DNA of 62,846 bases, filler included, from an uncultured bacterium (GCA_937863565.1; 8 parts of 7 records of this genome joined end to end with filler, not necessarily neighbours in it), one strand, 5' to 3'. Positions 30,468-40,982 are shown, counted from the first letter of the whole stretch. Numbers and translations: made by a program. The notes: generated by a model not told the origin, from the sequence alone.

Positions 30468-30585
30468 AATAGAGGATGGAGGTTTGAGGGTGGAGGATGG
30501 GGAAAGAAAAGTATGGAGTGTGGAGTACGAAGTGTGGAGTTAATAATAAAAATACAATTGCTCAGTTATCCGGTTAACGAGTTGG
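30468..30585 (+). repeat. Second copy of the composite repeat block, at a contig end
   Basis: 30511-30585 matches 29121-29195 with 2 mismatches; 30468-30517 resembles ~28919-28969. Confidence 0.9.
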
Positions 30586-30685
30586 NNNNNNNNNNNNNNN
30601 NNNNNNNNNNNNNNNNNNNNNNNNNNNNNTTAATTAATTAANNNNNNNNNNNNNNNNNNNNNNNNNNNNNNNNNNNNNNNNNNNN

Positions 30686-30825
30686 AATGAAGAATGAAAA
30701 ATGAAAGATGAAAAAAAATAAATACAAAAAGAAATAGAGAATCAGAAGAATGAAAAAAACAAGATCAACTCGTTAACTCGAGGACATTCCGATGTCAACT
30801 CGTTAACTGAATAATAAAGCGAAGC
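30686..30825. repeat. AATGAAR heptamers plus an inverted GTTAACGA-hairpin element at a contig start
   Basis: aatgaag aatgaaa aatgaaa gatgaaa; AACTCGTTAAC twice around GACAT-tccg-ATGTC. Confidence 0.85.
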
Positions 30826-30886
30826 GATTAATTTGAATTGATAAGTTCCCATTCAAAGGATGTTTTTAAATATCCCCGATATATCA

Positions 30887-30915
30887 TTGACATAAAACGC
30901 TTTTAAGGGTAAAAT
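30887..30915 (+). promoter_or_regulatory. Sigma70 promoter for the oxidoreductase operon
   Basis: TTGACA-17-TAAAAT. Confidence 0.7.
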
Positions 30916-30946
30916 AACACAATATTATAATGCACGGAGCAATCTC

Positions 30947-31249
30947 ATGAGAATAAAGGAACATCCGATACTCGATTTCCCCGAAAAAAAGAAGATCCCT
31001 TTCTACTGTGACGGCAAACTCCTTTTCGGAAGAGAAGGCGATACCATCGCGGCCGCGCTTCACGACAACGGCATAATGGTCTACCGCATCACCGAGAAGG
31101 AGCGTTCCCGCGGTTTTTTCTGCGCCATCGGCAAATGCTCATCCTGCTTTATGACCGTGAACGGGATACCCAATGTCAAGACCTGCGTAAAACCCCTTAA
31201 AAAGAACATGAAGGTGGAGACCCAGAAGGGCAAGGGGGTGTATAAATGA
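30947..31249 (+). CDS. 2Fe-2S binding subunit (sarcosine oxidase alpha N-terminal/HcnA-like)
   Basis: GDTIAAAL...RGFFCAIGKCSSC...VKTC. Confidence 0.9.
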   Translation: MRIKEHPILDFPEKKKIPFYCDGKLLFGREGDTIAAALHDNGIMVYRITEKERSRGFFCAIGKCSSCFMTVNGIPNVKTCVKPLKKNMKVETQKGKGVYK

Positions 31250-33090
31250 TAAAGACCGATGTTCTGATAGTGGGAGGCGGCCCTGCCGGCCTCGGCGCGG
31301 CGATAGAAACGACAAAGGCGGGATTGAGGACGATCGTAGTTGACGAGAATCAGCGCCTGGGCGGCCAGCTGATCAAGCAGACCCACAAGTTCTTCGGGTC
31401 TTCTTCGCATTTCGCCGGGACGAGAGGGATACTCATACAGGACGAACTCGTGAAGGAGATGGAGAAGGGGAATCTCAAACTTCTCGAGGAGACGGCGTGT
31501 TCCGCGATCTTCGACGACGGCATCGCGGGCATTTACGATGTGAAGAGGAACCGCTTCGAAAAGGTGAAAGCCAAAAGGACCATCATCGCGGCGGGCGCTT
31601 CGGAGAAGTTCATTCCGTTCAGGAACAACGATCTGCCGGGAATATACGGCGCAGGCGGCGTGCAGACCCTTATGAACGCGGGAGGCGTGCTCCCCGGAAA
31701 GAAGATCCTGATGATCGGCGCGGGGAATATCGGCCTCATCGTCTCATATCAATTGCTGCAGGCGGGCGCTTCCGTCGTCGGCATCATCGAGGCCGCGCCC
31801 AAGCAGGGCGGTTATGAAGTGCATCTTGCAAAAATAAAGAGAATGGGCGTCCCCGTCCTTTTCAATCATTCGATCATCGCAGCCGAAGGCAAGGATAAAG
31901 TGGAAGCGGCTGTGATAGGCGAGATAGACAAGAATTGGAAGTTCATAGACGGCAAACAGAGAAGGATAGAATGCGATACGATCTGCCTTGCCGTCGGGCT
32001 TACGCCCACATCGGAGCTTCTCTGGCAGGCCGGCGTTGAAATGATGTACCTTCCCGCGCTCGGCGGATATGTGCCCAGGCACAATGAATATATGCAGACC
32101 AATGTCCCGGGCATACTCGTCGCGGGTGACGCGGCCGGCATCGGAGAGGCCACGTCCGCCATCATTGAAGGGCGTTTGGCGGGCCTGAGCGCGGCAAAGG
32201 GGCTGAAGGTTAAAATGGATTTCGGGAAAAGATACAATGACCTTCTTACATATCTCGACGGATTGCGCCGGGGCTCGACGGGTTTCAAGGTCAAGGCCGC
32301 GAAGAATACCGTCTGGAATAAAAAGGAAGAGATAAAAGGCGATGCTTTCGCGAGAGGTTCGAAAACGAAAAGAGCTCCCGAACCCGGAAGGAAAAAACCG
32401 TATATCGTCATAGAATGCGACGAGGACATCCCGTGCAATCCATGCGAAGCGTCGTGCTCTTTCAAGGCGATCGAGATCGGGCAGGATATAACGAACCCTC
32501 CCGTTTTCGACGCGGAAAAATGCACGGGCTGTTTGAAATGCATAACCTCCTGCCCGGGTCTGGCCATCTTCGGCATCGCTGAAAGCGGAGAACCGGGCAA
32601 AACGGTGATCTCGATACCGTATGAAATGCTCCCGCTCCCGGAGAAAGGGGACAAGGTATGGGCCTGCGGCCGCGAAGGGGAGATCATATGCGAAGCTGTG
32701 GTTCATTCGGTGAGAAAGAGCCCGAATAAAACGCATATCGCGAGCATCATCGTTGACGGCGAGTATAAGAACGATATCAGGCACTTCATCCCGTTCTCTG
32801 CGAAGGACGCCGTGATATGCAGATGCCTCGATATAACATGCGGGGAGATCGAGGAGGCCATAAGCAGAGGATACACGGATTTCGAAGAATTGAAAAGATA
32901 TTTAAGAGTGACCACGGGACCTTGCCAGGGAAGGACCTGCCGCAGCATAATCATGGGAATGATAAAAGCCGGAACGGGCATCGACCCGAGCAAGGGTTCA
33001 ACGGGCACGCGCAGACCGCCTGAGGCCTCGCTGCCTTTCTCCGCCTTCGTGAAAAAGGGGAGAAGGTCCGGAGGGAAAAATGAAAAATAG
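31246..33090 (+). CDS. FAD/NAD(P)-dependent oxidoreductase fused to 4Fe-4S ferredoxin and BFD-like 2Fe-2S domains
   Basis: GGGPAGL, GGQLIKQTHKFFGS, GAGNIG; CNPCEASC, CTGCLKCITSCP; ICRC...GPCQGRTC. Confidence 0.88.
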   Translation: MIKTDVLIVGGGPAGLGAAIETTKAGLRTIVVDENQRLGGQLIKQTHKFFGSSSHFAGTRGILIQDELVKEMEKGNLKLLEETACSAIFDDGIAGIYDVKRNRFEKVKAKRTIIAAGASEKFIPFRNNDLPGIYGAGGVQTLMNAGGVLPGKKILMIGAGNIGLIVSYQLLQAGASVVGIIEAAPKQGGYEVHLAKIKRMGVPVLFNHSIIAAEGKDKVEAAVIGEIDKNWKFIDGKQRRIECDTICLAVGLTPTSELLWQAGVEMMYLPALGGYVPRHNEYMQTNVPGILVAGDAAGIGEATSAIIEGRLAGLSAAKGLKVKMDFGKRYNDLLTYLDGLRRGSTGFKVKAAKNTVWNKKEEIKGDAFARGSKTKRAPEPGRKKPYIVIECDEDIPCNPCEASCSFKAIEIGQDITNPPVFDAEKCTGCLKCITSCPGLAIFGIAESGEPGKTVISIPYEMLPLPEKGDKVWACGREGEIICEAVVHSVRKSPNKTHIASIIVDGEYKNDIRHFIPFSAKDAVICRCLDITCGEIEEAISRGYTDFEELKRYLRVTTGPCQGRTCRSIIMGMIKAGTGIDPSKGSTGTRRPPEASLPFSAFVKKGRRSGGKNEK

Positions 33091-34225
33091 CGCGGCGGTA
33101 GGGATAATCGGCGGCGGCATATCCGGCGCATCGGCCGCTTATTTTCTAACGAAGCTCGGAGTGAACGACATCGTCATATTCGAGAAGAGCTACCTTTCTT
33201 CGGGCTCTACCGGAAGATGCGGCGGCGGGATCAGGCAGCAGTGGACGACGCCTGCGAACGTAAAGCTCGCCATGCGCTCCGTTCACCATTTCGAAAGATA
33301 CGAGGAAGAGCTCGATTTCGGCTTCGATTACGTTCAGAAGGGCTATCTGCTTCTTGCCTTCACCGACAAGGAGAAAGCGGCTTTCGCAAAGACGGTCGAG
33401 ATGCAGAAATCGCTGGGGCTCAAGGTGGACCTTGTTACTAAGGAGGACGCGAAGGAGATCGTGCCGCATCTCAACACTTCCGAACTTGTTGCCGCTTCGT
33501 TCTGCCCGACCGACGGGCTCGGTAACCCCTTCCTTGCGACCTACGGGTATATCGAAAGAGTCAAAGAGAAGGGCGGTACCGTTCTAAATCACACCAGAGT
33601 GACCGCGATCGAAAGGAAGGGCGGCGAATATCTTGTAAGGACAGACAAAGGGGATTTCACCTGCAAATATATTCTCAATGCCGCCGGACCTTGGGCGAGG
33701 GACTGCGCCGAGATGCTCGGATATGATATCCCGGTCAAACCCGAAAGGCATCAGATACTCGTTACCGAGCCCCTTGAGAGGATGGTCGGCCCGATGATCA
33801 TCGATTTCTACCACGGCTTCTACGGTTCGCAGGAAAAGAAGGGCGGGTTCGTAATGGGAGAGGGCGACCCTTCTGAACCGGAATCCTATAAAGTATCCTC
33901 CCACTGGAAATTCATAGAGAGCATTGCCCGGAAATTCACATATCTGTTCCCGGGATTCAGGGATGTAAAGATATTGAGGCAATGGGCGGGTTCATACTGC
34001 GTTTCGCCGGACGCCCAGCCGATCCTGGGCCCGATCTCAGACAATGACCCGAACTATATGCTCTCGGTAGGTTATTCGGGCCACGGTTTCATGCTCGCTC
34101 CGGCAACGGGGGAGGCGGTGGCGGAATGGATCGTTCACGGAAAGCCCCGGACCATGGACATATCCCACCTTACGATGGAGAGGATAAGAAAGGGCGATTT
34201 CGATCAGGAGCATAATGTGGTCTGA
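33080..34225 (+). CDS. FAD-binding amine/amino-acid oxidoreductase (sarcosine oxidase beta/L-proline dehydrogenase-like)
   Basis: IIGGGISG, GSTGRCGGGIRQQW, SPDAQPILG and GYSGHGFMLAP motifs. Confidence 0.9.
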   Translation: MKNSAAVGIIGGGISGASAAYFLTKLGVNDIVIFEKSYLSSGSTGRCGGGIRQQWTTPANVKLAMRSVHHFERYEEELDFGFDYVQKGYLLLAFTDKEKAAFAKTVEMQKSLGLKVDLVTKEDAKEIVPHLNTSELVAASFCPTDGLGNPFLATYGYIERVKEKGGTVLNHTRVTAIERKGGEYLVRTDKGDFTCKYILNAAGPWARDCAEMLGYDIPVKPERHQILVTEPLERMVGPMIIDFYHGFYGSQEKKGGFVMGEGDPSEPESYKVSSHWKFIESIARKFTYLFPGFRDVKILRQWAGSYCVSPDAQPILGPISDNDPNYMLSVGYSGHGFMLAPATGEAVAEWIVHGKPRTMDISHLTMERIRKGDFDQEHNVV

Positions 34226-35565
34226 TGAAAGTACTCATAGTTGACGACGAGATAAACATACAGAAGGTTCTGAAGGACATAATAACGGACAACGGCTGGA
34301 CCACTTTTGTCGCCGAAAGCACGGAGGAGGCCTGGAAGGTGCTCGAAAAGGAATTCATCGATGTGATGCTTCTCGACGTGTTCCTCAAGGACGAGAAGGA
34401 AGGCATAGATTTTCTGAAGAAGGTAAGGGCTTTCTTTGACTTCCCGCCGGAGATCATAATGATCACGGGCCACGGTTCCATAGATATGGCCGTTGAAGCC
34501 CTGAAGAACGGGGCATACGACTTCATCGAGAAACCTCCCTCCATAGAGCGTCTCGTAGTGACCGTCTCTCACGCGGCGGAATCGCTGAGACTGAAAAGAG
34601 AAAGCCTCTATATAAGGGACCAGGATACACCCATCATCGGAAGATCGCGTCACCTCGAGAGCATCATCAGCCTCATCGCCAAGGTCGCGCCGACAGGAGG
34701 CAATGTTCTCATCACAGGCGAATCCGGCTCGGGAAAGGAGCTCGTGGCGAAATCCATACACCTCAATTCGCTCCGCAAGGACGGCCCCTTCGTCATCGTC
34801 AACAGCGCGGCAATACCTGAAGACCTGGTCGAAGCGGAACTCTTCGGTTACGAAAAAGGCGCTTTCACGAACGCTCTCAAGATGAAAAGAGGCAAATTCG
34901 AACTTGCCGACTCGGGCACGCTGTTCTTCGACGAGATAGGCGATATGTCGCTTAAGACACAATCCAAGATACTCCGCGCTATCCAGGAGAAAAAGGTTGA
35001 ACGAGTAGGAGGAGAGGAAACTCTCAATGTGAACGCGCGCATCATCGCGGCGACGAACAAGAACATTGAAGAGATGATGAAAGGGGGGAAGTTCCGCGAG
35101 GACCTCTATTACAGGCTGAACGTGGTCAAGATAGAGCTCAAGCCCCTCAGGGAGCGCACTGAGGACATCGTGCCCCTTTTCGAATATTATGTGGACAGGT
35201 TCTCGAAGGAATACGGGAAGCCCGTTCGGCATATCGATGCTTCCATCCTTGAACGGATCGTGAAGATGCCGTGGAAGGGGAATATAAGAGAACTCAAGAA
35301 TTTCGCCGAAAGAGCGGTGATATTCTCCGGCCCGAACGGCATTAATCCCGGCCGCGATGATGAAGGACCGGGGGAAGAAAGGCCTGCGGAGACCTTCAAC
35401 GAAGCTAAGGATGATTTTGAAAGGGAGTATATCAAACGCGCGCTTTCCGGGAACGGTTATAATATCTCGAAGACCGCACGGGCGCTCGGCATGGACAGGA
35501 GCAATCTGTTCAAGAAGATAAGATCGCTCGGTATCAACATTGAAGATTGCAAAGATAGCGGTTAA
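34225..35565 (+). CDS. Sigma-54-dependent response regulator (NtrC/NtrX family)
   Basis: Receiver domain, GESGSGKE, ELFGYEKGAFTNA, FFDEIG, FREDLYYRLNV and Fis HTH. Confidence 0.93.
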   Translation: MKVLIVDDEINIQKVLKDIITDNGWTTFVAESTEEAWKVLEKEFIDVMLLDVFLKDEKEGIDFLKKVRAFFDFPPEIIMITGHGSIDMAVEALKNGAYDFIEKPPSIERLVVTVSHAAESLRLKRESLYIRDQDTPIIGRSRHLESIISLIAKVAPTGGNVLITGESGSGKELVAKSIHLNSLRKDGPFVIVNSAAIPEDLVEAELFGYEKGAFTNALKMKRGKFELADSGTLFFDEIGDMSLKTQSKILRAIQEKKVERVGGEETLNVNARIIAATNKNIEEMMKGGKFREDLYYRLNVVKIELKPLRERTEDIVPLFEYYVDRFSKEYGKPVRHIDASILERIVKMPWKGNIRELKNFAERAVIFSGPNGINPGRDDEGPGEERPAETFNEAKDDFEREYIKRALSGNGYNISKTARALGMDRSNLFKKIRSLGINIEDCKDSG

Positions 35566-37894
35566 CTGCCCGGTATTCGGTTTTTTCGATTATCTCATTC
35601 CGCCTTCCGCGGAAGGATCATTAAAAAGGGGGGATTTCGTTCATATCCCTTTCGGCAAGTTTAAAAAGGACGGCGTCATAACGGAGATCCGGGAAACCGC
35701 TTCGCATCCCTATGAATTGAAACCGGTCGCTTCTTCCGTCCCCATTTCCTCCCTTTCTTTATTGCAGCTTGAACTCGGGCTTTATATTCAGAACGAATAC
35801 CTCAATGCCCCGGGCCCTTCATTTTTCATGATGAAGCCGTCCGGCACGCGGCAGACGGTGAAATACAGGTTCTTCATTACCGAAAAGGGAAGGGAAATGC
35901 TCTCCTCCCGGCGTTTCACTGATGCCAAGCACGGGATACTGTCCCTTCTCGAAGAGGGAAAGGGCTTGATGAAGGCCGGTTTAAAAAGGGCTGTGAAAAG
36001 CGACAATATCGACCGCGATATAAATTATCTTGTCAAAGCCGGCTGCATACGGAAAGAGGAAGAGACGGCAAAAGAGGTGAAAAGAAGAAAGCTTCTCTAC
36101 GCCAAACTTCTGGACGGGAACACGGAGAGACTTTCCGAGAAGGGCGTAAAGGTGGTCCACTTTCTGCAAAGATACGGGGGTTTCTGTTCATACGGCACCC
36201 TTTCAAAGAAATTCGGCCTTGTGAAAAAAGACCTTAAAGAACTGCTGAAAAATGAAAAGATCGCGCTCGAAGAATGCGATCTGGTCATTGACAGTTTCAT
36301 CGACCCGGGACTTGCCGACGGCCGATCACTCGAACTCAATGAGGAACAGAAAAAGATAAAGGCGGGCATTTCAGCCGATATCAAAGCTCGCCGCCATTCC
36401 GAGCATCTTCTTTTCGGCATTACGGGAAGCGGGAAAACGGAGGTCTATTTCGAATGCGCGAAAGATGCCGTGGCCGAAGGCCGCAAAGCGCTCATACTCG
36501 TTCCGGAGATCTCGCTGACCCCTCAGGTGGCCGCGCGTTTCAAGAACCGTTTCGGAGAACGCCTCGCCGTTTACCACAGCAAGCTCACGCCGAACGAAAG
36601 AGCGGATATCTACAAAGGCGCGGCGGCCGGAGCATACGATATCATCATCGGGCCGAGGTCGATCATGTTCCTGCCTCTTCCCGATATCGGGCTCGTGGTC
36701 ATAGACGAATTTCAGGACACGTCTTTCATACAGGATCAGGCCGAGCCCTACTATAACGGGCCGGATGTGGCCCGTTTTCTCGCGAGCGCGCATTCAGCTC
36801 CCATCATTTATGTCTCTGCCACCCCTTCCGTCGAAATGTACCGCCGCACCGTGCTCGGACAAGTCACCAGGCATTACCTTTCCCGCCGCGCTCCCGAGGC
36901 GTCCGTGCTTCCCGATATTGCCATAGTGAACATGGCCGAGGAGAGCGATCACATGCTTTCGAAAGAACTCCACGGCGAGATCGCCGAGACGCTCTCGCGC
37001 GGCGAGCAGGTGCTTCTTTTTTATAACCGCAGGGGATTCTTCCGCAGCATAACATGCCCTAAATGCGGCAATATCGTAAAATGCCCTAATTGCGACATAC
37101 CGTTCACGTATCATTTCGATTCTAACGATCTCATCTGCCACTATTGCGGCGTTTCCATGCCCGTTCCTTCAAGATGCCCGGAATGCGGCGCCTTCAAACT
37201 GCATCAGAAGGGAATGGGAGTGGAGCAGGTCGCTGAACGGATCAAGGAACTTTTCCCGGGCAGAACAGTTGAGAGGGTTGATCAGGACATAACAAAGGAT
37301 ATGATGAAACTTCAGAAGATACTCGGGGATTTCAGGGAAGGAAAAGTTGATGTTCTCGTGGGAACGCAGGTCATCGCCAAAGGCGTGGATTTCCCGAATG
37401 TCACCCTGGTCGGCGTGATCTCCTCAGAGATACTGTTCGCTTTTCCCGAATACGATATTTCGGAGAAGGCGTTCAATATCCTGGTCCAGGTCTCAGGGCG
37501 CGCCGGGCGCGGCGGCAAGAAAGGCAAGGTGATCATACAGACATACGATCCTGCCGGAGAGGTCACTCGTTTCGCGCTCGCCCAGGATTTCGAGGCCTTC
37601 TATGCGTACGAGATCGCGCTTCGGGAACAGCTTTCATTCCCCCCGTTCAAAAAACTCGGCCGGGCTGTCATCGGGGATAGAGATGAAGAAAAGGCGCGCG
37701 CGAATGCGGAGAAGGTCAAAAAACACCTTGACACCGGCGCGGTGGAATCTTTCGGCCCGATACCATCGCTTATCAGGAAAGTGAACAATATTTTCTATTT
37801 CGAGGTCATGTTCAAATACGCCGAAAAGAAGGATGTGCTGCCCATCCTTTCCGCGGCAAAGAAAAAATTCGGTTTCGTAAGATTCAAGGTATGA
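35540..37894 (+). CDS. priA: Primosomal protein N'
   Basis: GITGSGKTEVY, LVPEISLTPQ, four CxxC pairs, GTQVIAKGVDFPNV and QVSGRAGR. Confidence 0.96.
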   Translation: MKIAKIAVNCPVFGFFDYLIPPSAEGSLKRGDFVHIPFGKFKKDGVITEIRETASHPYELKPVASSVPISSLSLLQLELGLYIQNEYLNAPGPSFFMMKPSGTRQTVKYRFFITEKGREMLSSRRFTDAKHGILSLLEEGKGLMKAGLKRAVKSDNIDRDINYLVKAGCIRKEEETAKEVKRRKLLYAKLLDGNTERLSEKGVKVVHFLQRYGGFCSYGTLSKKFGLVKKDLKELLKNEKIALEECDLVIDSFIDPGLADGRSLELNEEQKKIKAGISADIKARRHSEHLLFGITGSGKTEVYFECAKDAVAEGRKALILVPEISLTPQVAARFKNRFGERLAVYHSKLTPNERADIYKGAAAGAYDIIIGPRSIMFLPLPDIGLVVIDEFQDTSFIQDQAEPYYNGPDVARFLASAHSAPIIYVSATPSVEMYRRTVLGQVTRHYLSRRAPEASVLPDIAIVNMAEESDHMLSKELHGEIAETLSRGEQVLLFYNRRGFFRSITCPKCGNIVKCPNCDIPFTYHFDSNDLICHYCGVSMPVPSRCPECGAFKLHQKGMGVEQVAERIKELFPGRTVERVDQDITKDMMKLQKILGDFREGKVDVLVGTQVIAKGVDFPNVTLVGVISSEILFAFPEYDISEKAFNILVQVSGRAGRGGKKGKVIIQTYDPAGEVTRFALAQDFEAFYAYEIALREQLSFPPFKKLGRAVIGDRDEEKARANAEKVKKHLDTGAVESFGPIPSLIRKVNNIFYFEVMFKYAEKKDVLPILSAAKKKFGFVRFKV

Positions 37895-38940
37895 CGGATA
37901 AAAGGTTCGATATCACATCATACGATTACGACTTCCCCGAGGACCTTATCGCCGGTCATCCCCCGGAAAAACGCGGCGATTCAAGGCTTCTGACCGCGCG
38001 CGTCGATACGGGGGAAATGAAGGACGGGATGTTCGGCGGCATCGCCGAATATTTCAGGGCGGGAGACGTTCTCGTGCTCAATGAGACCAAAGTGGTCCCG
38101 TCGCGCTTCTTCGGTGTCAAGGAAGGCACCGGCGCCCGGATAGAGCTTCTGATCATCGAATACGATCCCGGGAAAAAAGAATATCTTGCGCTTTCACGTC
38201 CGGCAAAAAGACTTAAGCCGGGTACGGTGGTGAAGATCTCGGATGAATTTTCAGCGGAGGTTTCATCATTGAATGGCGAAGGGAAAGTAACGGTGAAATT
38301 CAATATCGGCCATGAACGCTTCCTCTCCCTTGCCTCGAAGTACGGGCATATCCCTCTTCCTCCTTACATAAAAAGACCGGACGGGCCGTCCGACAGAACG
38401 GACTATCAAACCGTTTATGCGAAGAATGAAGGCTCTTCGGCGGCTCCGACAGCGGGCCTGCATTTTACCGGAGAGATACTTGCCAAGATCGCTTCCCGTA
38501 ACGTATCGGTGGTCAAGATCACTCTTCACACGGGGCTCGGGACTTTCGTTCCGCTCAATAAGGAGGATATAAGGGATTTCCGGATACACAGCGAATATTA
38601 CGAGGCTTCAGGAGAGACCCTGGAAACGGTAAGGTCAGCAAAAGGAAAGGGCAGGGTGTTCTGCGCCGGAACAACGACCGTAAGAACGCTCGAACATATC
38701 GCCGCAACGGGATACGCAGAATTGAAAGGCCGCTGCGGCCTTTACATATACCCCGGTTTCGATTTCAAGGTCGCCGATAATATGATCACGAATTTCCATC
38801 TTCCGCGGACATCGCTTCTGGTAATGGTCTCCGCCTTCGCCGGCAATGACCTCATAAAAAGGATGTACGCCCATGCCGTGAAAGAACGGTACAGGCTCTT
38901 TTCCTACGGCGATGCCACGCTGCTATTGAAAAAAAGCTGA
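37891..38940 (+). CDS. queA: S-adenosylmethionine:tRNA ribosyltransferase-isomerase
   Basis: PLPPYIKR, YQTVYA, AAPTAGLHFT, TNFHLP and YRLFSYGDA. Confidence 0.97.
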   Translation: MTDKRFDITSYDYDFPEDLIAGHPPEKRGDSRLLTARVDTGEMKDGMFGGIAEYFRAGDVLVLNETKVVPSRFFGVKEGTGARIELLIIEYDPGKKEYLALSRPAKRLKPGTVVKISDEFSAEVSSLNGEGKVTVKFNIGHERFLSLASKYGHIPLPPYIKRPDGPSDRTDYQTVYAKNEGSSAAPTAGLHFTGEILAKIASRNVSVVKITLHTGLGTFVPLNKEDIRDFRIHSEYYEASGETLETVRSAKGKGRVFCAGTTTVRTLEHIAATGYAELKGRCGLYIYPGFDFKVADNMITNFHLPRTSLLVMVSAFAGNDLIKRMYAHAVKERYRLFSYGDATLLLKKS

Positions 38941-38958
38941 AAAGCAATATAATGAACC

Positions 38959-39732
38959 ATGGGAACTGAAGGTTTGAAAAAGAATATCGGCAAACTGGCC
39001 GATTCACTGATCATGAAGATCTTGATCGCCGCCGTTACTTTCGTTTCGGCCGGCCTTCTGATAGCGTCCGGGATATCTGCGCCCAGAATGGAGTTATCCG
39101 TCCTCATCAGCCCGATGTCGTCAAATTCCCTCGAATCCCTCAATGCCGATTACAAGGCGGGCTATGTTCTCGGCCCGTATATGAAATGGGATCCCCGGTT
39201 CAGGAAATATATCATACGGATCAAGAATGCCACGGGCAAGGCTTTCTATAAAAAGGACCCCGTCTCTTTAGTTCTTAAAAGAACATTCCCCGGAGTTATA
39301 TTTAAATTAAGATACTTCACGGATACCGGCGGCAATGTCCCTCTTATCATGAATCCGGGGGAATTCATCATACATTCTTCCGGTTCGATATTTCCCGCAA
39401 GCCCTATGGACTTGAAATTCAATCCGGAGAAGACGGAGATCGTCTCGGGGGACCAGAAACTCGATATCCGGCTTCCCGCGCTCTCACGGAAAGAAGAGAT
39501 CTTCGTGATGGTCTTTCTGACGACCGGACTTCCTCCCGAAGTCCTTCTGAAAAAGGCCGGGCCCCTTACTCTGGAATATGAAGTGAAGGTTCTCGGAGTG
39601 AGATTCAAAAAGAGGCTTTCTTTACACGAGTTCGAATACAAAGTGGGTTCCGCCGATACAAAGGTGGGCATAGGCATTGAAAGCGATCCCTCGGCGGTTT
39701 TTCTGAACAACGAGATCATAATGTATAAATGA
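38959..39732 (+). CDS. Hypothetical membrane-anchored protein
   Basis: 257-aa ORF with N-terminal TM segment; overlaps the next gene by ATGA-like coupling. Confidence 0.6.
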   Translation: MGTEGLKKNIGKLADSLIMKILIAAVTFVSAGLLIASGISAPRMELSVLISPMSSNSLESLNADYKAGYVLGPYMKWDPRFRKYIIRIKNATGKAFYKKDPVSLVLKRTFPGVIFKLRYFTDTGGNVPLIMNPGEFIIHSSGSIFPASPMDLKFNPEKTEIVSGDQKLDIRLPALSRKEEIFVMVFLTTGLPPEVLLKKAGPLTLEYEVKVLGVRFKKRLSLHEFEYKVGSADTKVGIGIESDPSAVFLNNEIIMYK

Positions 39733-40979
39733 ACGCTCAACCGATCATCCTGGCGCTGGTCTTCGCCGGGATCATGTTCCGGCAGTTCATCGGGAAAAAG
39801 ATCAGGATCTGGCATATTATGGCGGCGGGCGCAGTGCTGTCGCTCATATCATACCGAAGAAACCCCGCGGACATCGCGTCTTTCATCGATCTTGACGTGA
39901 TCGTCTTTCTTATCTTCATTTTCATAATCGGAGAAGCGGTGATACGCGCGGAACTTCTTGAAAGAACGATAGCCCGTGTTTCCGGATTAGCGAAGGGAAG
40001 ATTCTTCTTCTTCATTCTGCTCTCATTCACACTCGGTGCGCTCGCGGCTTTTTTCATGAACGATACGGTGGCTGTCATAGGCACTCCCTTCCTTCTTGTC
40101 CTTTCAGAAAGAACGGGCATATCGCACAAGCTCATGCTTCTTCTTCTTGCATTCTCGATCACGACGGGAAGCGTCTTAAGCCCTATCGGAAATCCCCAGA
40201 ACTTGATGATAGCGTTATCATCCGGCATGTCCGACCCTTTCGGGAGCTTCTTTGCACGGCTTGCCCTGCCTACGGTCATCTCGCTCGCCCTCATTGTCCC
40301 GGTACTTTTCATCTTCTATCCTTCGTCCTTCACCGGAAACCGTCCGGCCTTCTCCGGAAAGCGCTCCGGGGAGCCTCAAAGCCGGCAGTGCTTCCGCCGG
40401 ACGCCTCCCGATCTCAAAGCCTCCCTTCTCATTCTGACCGGAGCGATAATATTCAAAATGACCGCGGTCGCATTCGGCGTTCCCCTTGACATAAAACTTA
40501 CATATATCGCTGTTCTGAGCGCCATTCCGCTCATCATAGCGAGAAAGGACAGGCTTTCCCTTATCAGATCGATCGACTGGGAAACGATCCTGTTTTTCAT
40601 ATTCATGTTCATTCTTACCGGCAATGCCTGGGCCGAAGGCGGCGTACAGGAACTCATACGGTCCGGGACCGTGATCTCAGAGAAGAACATCCTGCCGGTC
40701 AGCATCATCTTAAGCCAGTTCCTTTCCAATGTGCCGCTTGCCGCTTTTCTCATTCCCGTCGTCAGGGGGTTCGGAGGCGGAGAATTGAACTACCTGCTTC
40801 TTGCTTCCGGCAGTACGATCGCGGGGAATATGCTCCTTTTGGGCGCGGCGAGCAATATCATCATCGTGCAGAATGCCGAGAAGAAGGGTTACCGGCTGGG
40901 ATTCTTCGAATTCGCGGCGCCGGGGTTGATATTGACTTTTATGCAGTTTATGATATATTATTCCATGTTGAGGAAATAA
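39729..40979 (+). CDS. ArsB/NhaD/CitMHS-family anion permease
   Basis: FFMNDT, SPIGNPQN, LSNVP and AGNMLLLGAASNII motifs. Confidence 0.88.
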   Translation: MNAQPIILALVFAGIMFRQFIGKKIRIWHIMAAGAVLSLISYRRNPADIASFIDLDVIVFLIFIFIIGEAVIRAELLERTIARVSGLAKGRFFFFILLSFTLGALAAFFMNDTVAVIGTPFLLVLSERTGISHKLMLLLLAFSITTGSVLSPIGNPQNLMIALSSGMSDPFGSFFARLALPTVISLALIVPVLFIFYPSSFTGNRPAFSGKRSGEPQSRQCFRRTPPDLKASLLILTGAIIFKMTAVAFGVPLDIKLTYIAVLSAIPLIIARKDRLSLIRSIDWETILFFIFMFILTGNAWAEGGVQELIRSGTVISEKNILPVSIILSQFLSNVPLAAFLIPVVRGFGGGELNYLLLASGSTIAGNMLLLGAASNIIIVQNAEKKGYRLGFFEFAAPGLILTFMQFMIYYSMLRK

Positions 40980-40982
40980 TTA

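Noticed and set aside
34858-34875. GAFTNA instead of GAFTGA in the sigma-54 activator
   Set aside because: Variation at this position is common and the F and T residues are intact; not evidence of novelty.
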